A stretch of 32,000 bases of DNA from Crocosphaera subtropica ATCC 51142 (lineage in GTDB: Bacteria; Cyanobacteriota; Cyanobacteriia; Cyanobacteriales; Microcystaceae). Positions 1-8,706 of the stretch are shown piece after piece. The notes beneath the pieces were generated by a model. The model saw nothing but the letters and a program-made list of their open reading frames with translations, was not told the origin of the DNA and did not search any database. Position 1 is the stretch's first letter. Each line of letters starts with the position of its first letter. The translations under genes were made by a program, and so were the position numbers. The stretch covers positions 2,040,001-2,072,000 of the forward strand of contig NC_010546.1 of the NCBI RefSeq assembly GCF_000017845.1, in the 5' to 3' direction.

Positions 1-1283
1 ATCCCTGGCAACAATTTTTCAGGGGGATTACTAAGACTAACTCTCACTAATTGTCGCCGAGAATTACTATTTGCAGAAGGTACAACTGCGGTAATTTGAG
101 TTAGTTGTTCCCAGTTTGGTAACGCCCTGGCGAATAAATTGACCTGCATTCCTTGGCTTACTTGTCCACTCAAACTTTCAGGAATTTCTAAGAAAATATC
201 TAATGAGCGATCGCTAACTAAACTTAAAATCGGGTCATTCACCTCTACATAGTCCCCTGGGTCTGCTTGCCGTGACTGAACGACCCCTGACACAGAGGCC
301 CTTATTTTCGTCCGTTCTAGGCGCAATTTCGCCTGTTCTACGGCAGCTTGAGCAGCCTTAACCACCCCTCGCTGTGCGTCCATTTCTTCTTTCGTTGGCC
401 CGGCTTGAGCCTCTGCTAGAATAGCAGTGACCCGAAGGCGATCGCTTTTGGCATTATCCACACGGGTTTGTGCTTGAGCAATATCTTTGCGAGTTGAGGT
501 TTCTTCGGCTTTTAAGGAAGCTTCGGCCCGTAATCTTTGGTTACGAGTTTCATCAGCCCTGGCTTCAGCTTCCACTAATGCCCTTTCCGATAAAGCCCCT
601 TCTAAGCTTAATCCTTTAATCCGTTGCAGGTTATCTTTTGCTTCTTTTTCCCGACTTCTGGCTGCTTCAAGTTCCGCTTGACGTTGCATCATTAAATCAG
701 GTTGCAGGGAAATTAAACGCTCTAAGTTGTCCTGTGCTTCTCTTTCCCTTGCTTGGGCTGCGGTTAACTCTGCCTTACGTTGAGCGATAATTTCGGAACG
801 GGTTCCCACTTCTAAGCGTTCTAGATTACTCTGTTCTTGTACTAATCTAGCTTGAGCTTCAGCTAGAGCAATTTGACCATCAGCATCGTCTAAAATAGCT
901 ACTATCATCCCTGGGGTGACGTTATCCCCTTCCTTAACTAAAATTTTCTCTACCGTTCCTGCAACTTGAGAACTGAGGGTAGCTTTTGCTCCGGCTTCCA
1001 CTTGGCCCAGTAACCTAACCTGTCTACTTCCTGCTCCTGAGCTTAACATCACCGTTTCCACCGGTTTAGGTGGTGGGGTTTGATTGTCTGTTTGTGGTGT
1101 TGGGGTGAAGAAAGAGGGAACAATTTGCCAAAGGATTATACCCCCACCGAACAGAGTAACCCCTATTAACCATCTAGGAAATTTACTTTTTTTCGGTTGA
1201 TTGGCTTTCTTTTCTTCTTGTTGTTCTTCAAACTCAAGTTTTGAAGCTGATAATTGTTCTGAGGAAATGTCAGTTGATTTCAT
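1..1283 (-). CDS. HlyD-family periplasmic adaptor / membrane-fusion protein of an efflux or secretion system (partial; the C-terminal end lies beyond the window start)
   Basis: Absent from the ORF track because no stop lies inside the window. The reverse-strand frame opens at ATG 1283..1281 (MKSTDISSEQL...) and I read it as open down to base 1. It has a hydrophobic anchor (WLIGVTLFGGGIILWQI), a lipoyl-like hairpin (VAGTVEKILVKEGDNVTPGMIVAILDD) and a long A/E/Q/R-rich coiled coil (AQRKAELTAAQAREREAQDNLERL...), followed by a beta-rich part (VSGVVQSRQADPGDYV). Confidence 0.7.
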   Translation of the reverse strand, partial: MKSTDISSEQLSASKLEFEEQQEEKKANQPKKSKFPRWLIGVTLFGGGIILWQIVPSFFTPTPQTDNQTPPPKPVETVMLSSGAGSRQVRLLGQVEAGAKATLSSQVAGTVEKILVKEGDNVTPGMIVAILDDADGQIALAEAQARLVQEQSNLERLEVGTRSEIIAQRKAELTAAQAREREAQDNLERLISLQPDLMMQRQAELEAARSREKEAKDNLQRIKGLSLEGALSERALVEAEARADETRNQRLRAEASLKAEETSTRKDIAQAQTRVDNAKSDRLRVTAILAEAQAGPTKEEMDAQRGVVKAAQAAVEQAKLRLERTKIRASVSGVVQSRQADPGDYVEVNDPILSLVSDRSLDIFLEIPESLSGQVSQGMQVNLFARALPNWEQLTQITAVVPSANSNSRRQLVRVSLSNPPEKLLPG

Positions 1284-1490
1284 AGCCTTACTCACCGTTG
1301 GGTTTGGGGGTAACTTGTCTACAACTTTAATTTATATTAATTTTTATTTACAAATTTTACCAAAATTTAACTAAAAGGGTGAACAAGATGAGGCCGTACA
1401 TTCATCAATCTTGCGGATGAAAAAAGATGCAAACTAAGGCAAGATTCTTGATAACCTAGTAGTATTGTTAGCTCCTTCAGTGCAGAATGA

Positions 1491-2351
1491 ATGTCTACCA
1501 ACGACGATCGCTTTGAGATCAAATTTTGGGGAGTTCGAGGTAGTATCCCCTGTCCAGGAACCCAAACCGTCCGTTATGGCGGTAATACGTCCTGTGTAGA
1601 AATGCGTGTCGGCAAGGAGAGATTAATCTTTGATGGAGGGACGGGACTGAGGATTTTAGGGGAGTCTTTATTATCAGAAATGCCAGTAACCGGTCATTTG
1701 TTTTTCACCCATTCTCACTGGGATCATATTCAAGGATTTCCTTTTTTTGCCCCTGCATTTATTCCTGGCAATCAGTTTCATATTTATGGCTTACCAGCCC
1801 CTAATGGCGCAACCATTAAGCAACGTCTTCATGATCAAATGTTACACCCTAATTTTCCCGTTCCCTTGCAAATTATGCAAGCTAATTTAGACTTTTATGA
1901 TATTGAAGCTAGGGAAATTATTAAGATTAACGATATTACCATCGAAACAGGAAAATTAAATCATCCAGGAGAAGCTTTAGGATATCGGGTAACGTATCAA
2001 GGTTTAACGGCAGTGTATATCACGGATACGGAACATTTTCCTGATAGATTAGATAATAATGTTCTCCATTTAGCTAACCATGCACAGGTTTTAATTATTG
2101 ATACGACTTACACCAATGAAGAATACTATGACCCGAAATTAAGTAAAGTGGGTTGGGGCCATTCGACTTGGCAAGAAGGGGTTAAAATAGCTGAAGCTGC
2201 TAAGGTGAAAAAATTAGTCTTGTTTCATCACGATCCTTCTCATCATGATGATTGTCTCGACACTATTAAACGACAAGTTCAACAGGTTTATCCTAATGCT
2301 ATTTTGGCAAAAGAAGGTTTAGTTATCGATTTAAAAAATGAATTTGCTTAA
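1491..2351 (+). CDS. MBL-fold metallo-hydrolase
   Basis: 286-aa ORF with the metallo-beta-lactamase HxHxDH motif (FTHSHWDHIQG) and later His/Asp ligands (ITDTEH, LFHHDP). It starts 207 nt from the divergent adaptor gene. Confidence 0.85.
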   Translation: MSTNDDRFEIKFWGVRGSIPCPGTQTVRYGGNTSCVEMRVGKERLIFDGGTGLRILGESLLSEMPVTGHLFFTHSHWDHIQGFPFFAPAFIPGNQFHIYGLPAPNGATIKQRLHDQMLHPNFPVPLQIMQANLDFYDIEAREIIKINDITIETGKLNHPGEALGYRVTYQGLTAVYITDTEHFPDRLDNNVLHLANHAQVLIIDTTYTNEEYYDPKLSKVGWGHSTWQEGVKIAEAAKVKKLVLFHHDPSHHDDCLDTIKRQVQQVYPNAILAKEGLVIDLKNEFA

Positions 2352-2355
2352 CTTT

Positions 2356-2614
2356 AACTGACATCTTACACCTTCGATAATCCCCCCTCTAACTTCCCCT
2401 AAAAAGACACCTCTTAAAAATTGATTGAATTATCATGGTTATTAACGTAAATTCGGGATAAGCTCAAAGGCTAATAAAATCGTTGCCTAAAACACCCATT
2501 ATTTTGTTAAATATGATCTAACTCCGTTGCGTAGCACGACTTAGTCGCACTCCGAACCCCTAACCCCGAACTCAGGTTTATTAAGTTTATTTGTGCTGAT
2601 GTAAGATATCAGTT
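2356..2614. mobile_element. MITE-like non-coding element bounded by 15-17 bp terminal inverted repeats
   Basis: Left arm is AACTGACATCTTACA at 2356-2370. Right arm is TGTAAGATATCAGTT at 2600-2614, whose reverse complement is AACTGATATCTTACA (14/15 identical). No ORF inside. A third copy of the arm (AACTGACATCTTGCACC) lies at 30962-30978. Confidence 0.4.
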
Positions 2615-4002
2615 CACAGTCCTAAAATCATCCTAGCAATAGAAAAATAAATCAATACCCCAATCACATCCACTGCAGTGGTAATAAAAGGGGCTGACAT
2701 TAAAGCTGGATCAAGGCCAAAAGACCGAAAAACAAAGGGTAAAGCCGAACCAGCGACAGAGGCTAAAATGGCGATCGCTACTAAACTGACTCCCACCGAT
2801 ATCGAAACCAACCAATTACCTTGGAGTCCATAAGCCCATACAGTGGCTAACAGGCCTAAGGCCACACCTAACAAAGCCCCGGCCATCAATTCCCTTAAGA
2901 TCACTTGTCCGGCACCGAGATCCATAATTTCCTCTGTATTTAAACCCCGAATGACCACCGTTGAGGACTGGGCTCCAACATTACCACCGGTTCCCGTTAA
3001 CAGGGGAATAAACGCCGTTAGAATAGCCATTTGTTCGAGTAAACCCACTTGAGATTTAATAATGGTTCCGGTGACGGTATTCGTCAACAGTAAAATTAGT
3101 AACCACATGACCCGTTTACGGGCTACTGTAATTAAACTGGTCTGAAAGTAGTTATCTCCATCAGACTGAACCCCACCTAAAGCATAGATATCTTCGGTGG
3201 CTTCTTGTTGTAGGATATCAATGACATCATCAACGGTCACAACGCCCACTAATCTTTGTTCTTTGTCCACCACTGGAACCGCTAATAAATCATACCGTTG
3301 AATCACCCGTGCAACTTCTTCTTGATCGTCATTGGTATTAACAGAAACAATCTCTTTAGCCATGATCTCCCCTAGGGTTACCTCTGGGGAGGATAATACC
3401 AACTCTCTTAACGAAACAATACCCACCAAATGACGAAAAGCATCGGTGACATAGAGATAATAAACAATTTCTGAAGCAGTGGCTAAAGTTCTAATTCTTT
3501 CTAAGGTTTGAGCAACAGTGAAACTTTGTTTGAGGGAAATATACTCTGGGGTCATGATCCGACCGGCAGTATATTCTTCGTAGCCTAATAACAATGCGGT
3601 GGTTTGTCTTTCTTCGGGGCTTAATTGTTCGAGTAAACGACGGACTACTTTAGCTGGTAATTCATCAAATAAACGGGCCCGATCATCGGGGGACATTTCT
3701 TCTACAATATCCCTAACTTCTTGTTGTTTAAACTGTTCAATTAAGGATTGTTGAACCGTTGAATCTAAATGTTCATAGACAGCGATCGCTTCTTCTTTGA
3801 CCAACAGACGGAAGGCGATCACTTGCATTGACTTAGGTAAACCTTCGATGGCCTCAGCAATATCAACCGGTTGCACAGGAATTAAAAGGGATTTTGCCCC
3901 TTGTAAATTTCCTTGTTCTAATAATAAGGCTAACTGGTTGGAGACTAATTGACGCAACTCTTTACGGCTATTTGATTGTATTGGTGTTACGGGTTCATTC
4001 AA
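2614..4002 (-). CDS. mgtE: Magnesium transporter MgtE
   Basis: 462 aa with an N-terminal MgtE-N helical region (LDSTVQQSLIEQF, MSPDDRARLFDELP), a tandem CBS region (LVGIVSLRELV, LVGVVTVDDVIDIL) and a C-terminal 5-TM channel domain (TGTGGNVGAQSSTVVIRGL). Confidence 0.95.
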   Translation of the reverse strand: MNEPVTPIQSNSRKELRQLVSNQLALLLEQGNLQGAKSLLIPVQPVDIAEAIEGLPKSMQVIAFRLLVKEEAIAVYEHLDSTVQQSLIEQFKQQEVRDIVEEMSPDDRARLFDELPAKVVRRLLEQLSPEERQTTALLLGYEEYTAGRIMTPEYISLKQSFTVAQTLERIRTLATASEIVYYLYVTDAFRHLVGIVSLRELVLSSPEVTLGEIMAKEIVSVNTNDDQEEVARVIQRYDLLAVPVVDKEQRLVGVVTVDDVIDILQQEATEDIYALGGVQSDGDNYFQTSLITVARKRVMWLLILLLTNTVTGTIIKSQVGLLEQMAILTAFIPLLTGTGGNVGAQSSTVVIRGLNTEEIMDLGAGQVILRELMAGALLGVALGLLATVWAYGLQGNWLVSISVGVSLVAIAILASVAGSALPFVFRSFGLDPALMSAPFITTAVDVIGVLIYFSIARMILGL

Positions 4003-4064
4003 GGTTCACCTGTTCCTTTTGCTGATCATAATGATATTAACAAAAGTTGACCTTGATCACGACA

Positions 4065-4526
4065 TTAATATTTGAATCCCCGTAAAACTTGTAAGTCTTC
4101 TTCGTCGAGAGTTTCTCTAACTCCATTACAAATTAACTCTGAAAAGTCTTCATTGGGAACCATAAAACAAATCGCATATAAACGACTTTTACCAATATTT
4201 CTGATTTCATGAATACCTGTAGGACGGACTAATAGACTATCCCCTGGATGTAAAGGAATATCTTTTCCATCGCAAACCGCTAACCCTTCCCCTTTAAGAA
4301 TAAAAAACATTTCGAGGGCAAAGTTATGTCGATGGGTTGGGGTACTTCCCCCTGGATCAAAAATTTCGACGCAAACCGTCAAGGAATCATCGGCCATACT
4401 GGTATCAAAGACGATCGCTAAACGGTTAGTATCCTGGGGAGTGATGCGAAAAACTTGATAATCTTCAGGACTTTTGATCACTGGAATCATACAGTGATCG
4501 CTGGCTATCGTAGAATGGGTATTCAT
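4065..4526 (-). CDS. Cupin domain protein
   Basis: 153 aa. Cupin motif 1 is GGSTPTHRHNFALEMFFILKG and motif 2 is GDSLLVRPTGIHEIRN. It ends 62 nt upstream of mgtE on the same strand, so the two are probably co-transcribed. Confidence 0.8.
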   Translation of the reverse strand: MNTHSTIASDHCMIPVIKSPEDYQVFRITPQDTNRLAIVFDTSMADDSLTVCVEIFDPGGSTPTHRHNFALEMFFILKGEGLAVCDGKDIPLHPGDSLLVRPTGIHEIRNIGKSRLYAICFMVPNEDFSELICNGVRETLDEEDLQVLRGFKY

Positions 4527-4690
4527 GGTTACTATCGAAAATTGTCACTCTTTTCTTCCTATTCTAAAGCAGTAAAAAAAATCGTCACTGATACTAGGAT
4601 GATCACTGGTCACTTTTCTACCAGTTTTCCTGTAATATACTATAGACAGTAAGCTTTGACTTTCACTGAAAATACCCCGAAGCAATCTCT

Positions 4691-4879
4691 CTAAGTATTT
4701 TTGAGAATGGATATTATTTCTTCATTAGAGAGATTCAAGGTAATTTGTTGACGTAAATTATCTGTACTCTTTGTATACAACTGTAACTGTTGTAATCTTT
4801 CTGGTGTTCCTTGAGTTATCCATTCATCTGCTTCAAAGGATTTAACAATTTCTTGTTCTTCTGGGCTAAATTGATTCAT
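4691..4879 (-). CDS. Short CopG/BrnA-type antitoxin-like protein (appears C-terminally truncated)
   Basis: 62 aa. The N-terminus (EEQEIVKSFEADEWI...) matches the family of small antitoxins that follow BrnT/DUF497 toxins. The ORF stops after ITLNLSNEEIISILKNT, where the ribbon-helix-helix part would normally continue. Confidence 0.5.
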   Translation of the reverse strand: MNQFSPEEQEIVKSFEADEWITQGTPERLQQLQLYTKSTDNLRQQITLNLSNEEIISILKNT

Positions 4880-5169
4880 TTTTGTTATCTCCTGTTAGAT
4901 ATTGTTTCGTTGCTTTACGATAGGGAATAATTATTTTAAGTAAAGATTCCTGTTGAATCTTCTACATAAGGAATAAGATAAGCATAATTATTTATTTTAA
5001 CAATCATCATTCTTTGATTCGGATATTTAGAGGAATTGGGGTGAATCAAATCATAGAGAATATCACCTTTTTTTATGGTTTGATGATCATTTCAAATGAT
5101 ACCCCTCTCTCTATTTTTAATATTTCATTTTTCTCCTTATTCCATTTAATTCGTTTTAATTCGTTTCAT
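4866..5169 (-). pseudogene. BrnT (DUF497)-like toxin, disrupted
   Basis: Reverse-strand conceptual translation across three frames gives MKRIKWNKEKNEILKIERGVSFEMIIKP / IKKGDILYDLIHPNSSKYPNQRMMIVKINNYAYLIPYVEDSTGIF / LKIIIPYRKATKQYL. Lesions are a perfect 10-bp tandem duplication (TTAATTCGTT at 5146-5155 and 5156-5165), a shift at an A7 run and a 1-nt shift near GIF. The last frame overlaps the antitoxin start by 14 nt. Confidence 0.55.
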
Positions 5170-5194
5170 TCGTTATTATTGTATTTGCTGATTA

Positions 5195-6064
5195 TTAATC
5201 GTCTTTGAGTAACCAAAAACCACTAAATGTCTCTACATCGGGACGAGATTGAATAGCGAGAAAATGCACCCCATTTGCTTTATTTTTGCTCTGTTCAAAC
5301 CCTTCGGCTTCTGTTACACTACTTTTATCGGTTAGATTCGCTAAAATCCAATTATCACTTAAGCCAGTTTCGAGGCAAAGGTTAGGAAACGGTTTGGTCT
5401 GAAACTTAAGAGAAACCAACTCTAACCCGGACATCCAACCAGCTAAGGGTAAAGCACGTCGAGAAAAGATGATAAACCCTGGTATTTTCGTGTCAGGGGA
5501 AAGATTAGCTAATTCTAAGGGAAACCCTTCCCCAAAGCGAATATCCCACTCCTTCATGTCTGCAAACCCTGACGCTTCGAGACTGACAAAGGCCCATTTA
5601 TCGGACTTATCCCCTCTCACTGCATCCGGTAAAGCGATCGCATCTAGGGGAGGATAAGCGACAGATGCGTTAGTAGCGGCTTTTTCATCATAACCCTCTT
5701 GAGAGGGATAAAAGTCTTGAAACCGTTGATTTATCCAATGGTTGAGGGTATAGGTGCGACGACTGGGAGACGCGACGAGTCCGGCATCTTCGCAAGCTTT
5801 TACAATCATATTATTCATCTGACGACGAAAAAAGCGGATTTTACTGGGGGTTTCTCCTGCTTTCTCGATGGCAGTTTCTAATGCTTCTCGTAACCAGATG
5901 GAGTTAACTGTACTAGGAGGACAAAATTCAGCATAACGAAACCCTTTATCTAAGGACTCTGTGGTATCTGTCTGGGTTTCACAGATCAAGACTTCCCATT
6001 GTTTTTTGTTATTTTCGTCTAAAATTGGTCGTGAATAAAAATCGAGTTCCCAAACTTTGCCCAT
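5195..6064 (-). CDS. Tab2-family RNA-binding protein (DUF1092)
   Basis: 289 aa. The N-terminus (WELDFYSRPILDENNKKQWEVLICE) is the hallmark of cyanobacterial Tab2/ATAB2 homologues. Confidence 0.85.
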   Translation of the reverse strand: MGKVWELDFYSRPILDENNKKQWEVLICETQTDTTESLDKGFRYAEFCPPSTVNSIWLREALETAIEKAGETPSKIRFFRRQMNNMIVKACEDAGLVASPSRRTYTLNHWINQRFQDFYPSQEGYDEKAATNASVAYPPLDAIALPDAVRGDKSDKWAFVSLEASGFADMKEWDIRFGEGFPLELANLSPDTKIPGFIIFSRRALPLAGWMSGLELVSLKFQTKPFPNLCLETGLSDNWILANLTDKSSVTEAEGFEQSKNKANGVHFLAIQSRPDVETFSGFWLLKDD

Positions 6065-6240
6065 GATTTACCCTTAATGGTTGATCAGATCATATTTTAT
6101 CAGATTAGTAAATTAAAAAATATTTATTATTTCAATTATTACTAGATTTAAACTTTATCTAAACTGATAAACCTTTTATTATTATATATTAAAAGTAGGC
6201 CGATGCACTGCCCACCTTACACGGCTAGAATAGTTTAACT

Positions 6241-7497
6241 ATGGAAACTAATGAACCTATTACCAATGAATCTAAAACCATAAGTATAAGTGATTTGAAA
6301 TCTTTTACGATTCGTGGATTATTTGGTTATAAAGATATTGTTCTACCATTGGATAAAGAAGTTTTGATTTTAATTGCTGAAAATGGGGCAGGAAAAACGA
6401 ATATTCTCAATATTTTATATCAAGTTTTAAGTTTAGATATAAATATAACTAAGTCATTAAAATTTAATTCTATCTGTATTCAATTTAATAATTATAAAAA
6501 ATGTGAATTGGATTTTACTGAAATTGATCAGGAAGCATTGAAAAAATTAATTAAACCCAATGATTTGTTCGTTGTGATGGATATTATAGGTTCAGAAAAC
6601 AGGGAAAAAATAGAAAAAGAAGAAAAAATAATTAGTCAGTTTGAAATAAATTGGCAGGAAATTCAAAAGATAGATTTTAATACTTTATATTTTCCGACTT
6701 ATCGAAGAATAGAAGAAGATTTATCTAACCTTGGATATGAAAATCCTAAGCGTAACTATAATAATACAACCACATTAATTAAATTTGGAATGGAAGACGT
6801 TAAAAAGGAATTTAAGGAAATACAAACAGAAATTAAGAATACTGCATTTGAATTATTTTCAAGAGTTACAGGGGAAATGTTGACTCACTTTATTGAAGGA
6901 TTAAATGTAACGCAAGAAATGAGAGAAAGTATTAATATTGATATTTTGAATTTAATTTTAAGTCGTGTTGGAGAAAAAAATATTTCTAAAATAGAACAGG
7001 AAAAAATGAAAGAGTTAGTTATTTCGGGACAAATTAATGAACCTAAGTATGATGATTTAGTTTACTTCTTATCTAAACTAATTAATCTCTACCAAGATCA
7101 AAAAACAATAGACGAAACTATTAAATCTTTTGTCAATGTCTGCAATAAATACCTAAATCCCAGTAAAAAAATTATTTATGATGAGTCAATAGCAGAAATC
7201 TATATTAAACAAACTAGAAACAATGAAATCATAGAATTAAATCACTTATCTTCTGGAGAAAAACAAATCATTTCTTTATTCTCTAAAGTTTATCTAGAAG
7301 CAGAAGAAGACTTTATCTTAATTATTGATGAACCTGAATTATCTATATCCGTTGAATGGCAACAGATGCTACTTCCTGATATTATGAAATCAGGTAAATG
7401 TAAACGACTGATTGCAGCGACTCATTCTCCTTTTATTTTTGATAATGAATTAGATCATTGTGCTTACGCTTTAAGTCAATTTGTAACTGAACATTAA
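6241..7497 (+). CDS. ABC/SMC-type ATPase, AriA-like partner of a DUF4435 nuclease
   Basis: 418 aa with Walker A (LIAENGAGKTNIL), an ABC signature-like motif (LSSGEKQIISL), Walker B (FILIIDEPELS) and an H-loop (IAATHSPFIF). A long Lys/Glu-rich helical insert separates the two ATPase lobes. Very AT-rich. Confidence 0.8.
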   Translation: METNEPITNESKTISISDLKSFTIRGLFGYKDIVLPLDKEVLILIAENGAGKTNILNILYQVLSLDINITKSLKFNSICIQFNNYKKCELDFTEIDQEALKKLIKPNDLFVVMDIIGSENREKIEKEEKIISQFEINWQEIQKIDFNTLYFPTYRRIEEDLSNLGYENPKRNYNNTTTLIKFGMEDVKKEFKEIQTEIKNTAFELFSRVTGEMLTHFIEGLNVTQEMRESINIDILNLILSRVGEKNISKIEQEKMKELVISGQINEPKYDDLVYFLSKLINLYQDQKTIDETIKSFVNVCNKYLNPSKKIIYDESIAEIYIKQTRNNEIIELNHLSSGEKQIISLFSKVYLEAEEDFILIIDEPELSISVEWQQMLLPDIMKSGKCKRLIAATHSPFIFDNELDHCAYALSQFVTEH

Positions 7498-7503
7498 TTT
7501 TAA

Positions 7504-8460
7504 ATGGCAAATAATCCCGATCAATTAAGAGATTTTAGAGGTAAAGCGACGGTTGCTTTTACTTTATTTACAAGACAATACGAAAAAAATAAATTAGCTT
7601 TGTTTTGCTTCTTTGAGGGAAAAGATGATAGTAAATATTACAGTGTGAGAATTGATTTAATTGTCAAACCAATAGATGATAATTATTTTCCCTGTGGTAA
7701 AAAGTCAGAAGTTTTAAGAACTCATTCTTTAATTACTGAGCAAGAATATTATAATCATGCTAAAACAGCTTATTTTATTGATAAAGATTTTGATGAGTCT
7801 ATCTATAAAACTTTAGATGCTGATAATGCAAGTAAAATTTATGAAACCCCTTGTTATTCTATTGAAAATTTTTATACATCGAGTTATTGTTTTAAACGAA
7901 TTCTTAGAAGTGAATTTACTATTGATGAAATAGATGATAATTTTGATACCTGTTTAGACTTATATGAAAATAGACAAAATGAATTCCATGAAAAAGTTGG
8001 ATTATTGAATGCTTATATTGCTTGTTTAATGAAAAAAGATGAGCAAGAAAAACTTGATTTAAAAAGTAAACACAATAAATTAATGAAATGGTTTATTATA
8101 GAATTAGATAAAATAAAATCAAACTATAATCTTGAAACTTTAAATAATGAATTTTCGCCCAAAAATAATCCTTCACAGCAAGACATTAATAAAGAACTTA
8201 ATTACTTAAGATCCCAAGATTGTCAAAAAAGTTTTCGAGGAAAATTTGAAATAGAATTTTTACGTAAATTTTTAGAAAAACTAAAAGAAGAAGCTAATAA
8301 AAAAAAAGATCAACAAATCTATTTTTCCAAGAAACTAACTGTTTCATTATTGTTGAGTAACGATAATATTCTCTCTCAGTTATCTCAATATGCAGATACT
8401 CCTGATTGTTTGGTCAAATATCTAGAACAATTTAAAGAAAACGTCAATACAAATCAATAA
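7504..8460 (+). CDS. DUF4435/Toprim-like nuclease, AriB-like
   Basis: 318 aa, starting 6 nt after the ATPase stop. Acidic motifs occur in DUF4435/Toprim order: FFEGKDDSKYYS (E38), CGKK, FIDKDFD (D93/D95/D97) and YSIENFY (E121). Confidence 0.8.
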   Translation: MANNPDQLRDFRGKATVAFTLFTRQYEKNKLALFCFFEGKDDSKYYSVRIDLIVKPIDDNYFPCGKKSEVLRTHSLITEQEYYNHAKTAYFIDKDFDESIYKTLDADNASKIYETPCYSIENFYTSSYCFKRILRSEFTIDEIDDNFDTCLDLYENRQNEFHEKVGLLNAYIACLMKKDEQEKLDLKSKHNKLMKWFIIELDKIKSNYNLETLNNEFSPKNNPSQQDINKELNYLRSQDCQKSFRGKFEIEFLRKFLEKLKEEANKKKDQQIYFSKKLTVSLLLSNDNILSQLSQYADTPDCLVKYLEQFKENVNTNQ

Positions 8461-8706
8461 AAAACAATCAAAATCAACAATAAGAGAAATAGATTAAAAG
8501 AAGATAACAAAATAGAAAAAAATCTAGGTTACAGTACCCAAAATAAGGTAAATTAAAGGTGGAATGTTGCTCTATTTAAGGTAAAGAGTTTGATAAAAAA
8601 GTAGAGAGTTTGATTAATTTTTGTAAATGAGTTGAAACCCTTAATAAGCGTCACTTCCGACTTATAATCATAAAGATTACATAAACCTTTGTTGAGGTCT
8701 ATCGTT

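Noticed and set aside
487-681. 64-aa plus-strand ORF from the track
   Set aside because: It lies antisense inside the well-supported HlyD-type adaptor frame. Its Ala/Ser/Leu-rich product is what the complement of a coiled-coil gene would give.
4003-4064. M-box-type magnesium riboswitch upstream of mgtE
   Set aside because: Only 62 nt separate mgtE from the upstream cupin gene, which is too short for an M-box, and none of the conserved M-box sequence blocks were apparent.
4544-4614. GTCACT/ATCACT repeated four times (4544, 4584, 4602, 4609) upstream of the cupin-mgtE unit, as possible operator sites
   Set aside because: The hexamers are too short and irregularly spaced to distinguish from chance without comparative data.
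6070-8645. 9-bp direct repeat ACCCTTAAT at 6070-6078 and 8637-8645, flanking the first insert, as a possible target-site duplication or att pair
   Set aside because: For two ~200-bp flanks, a shared 9-mer is expected by chance at roughly the 10-20 percent level (about 200 x 200 / 4^9). There is no integrase or other supporting structure.
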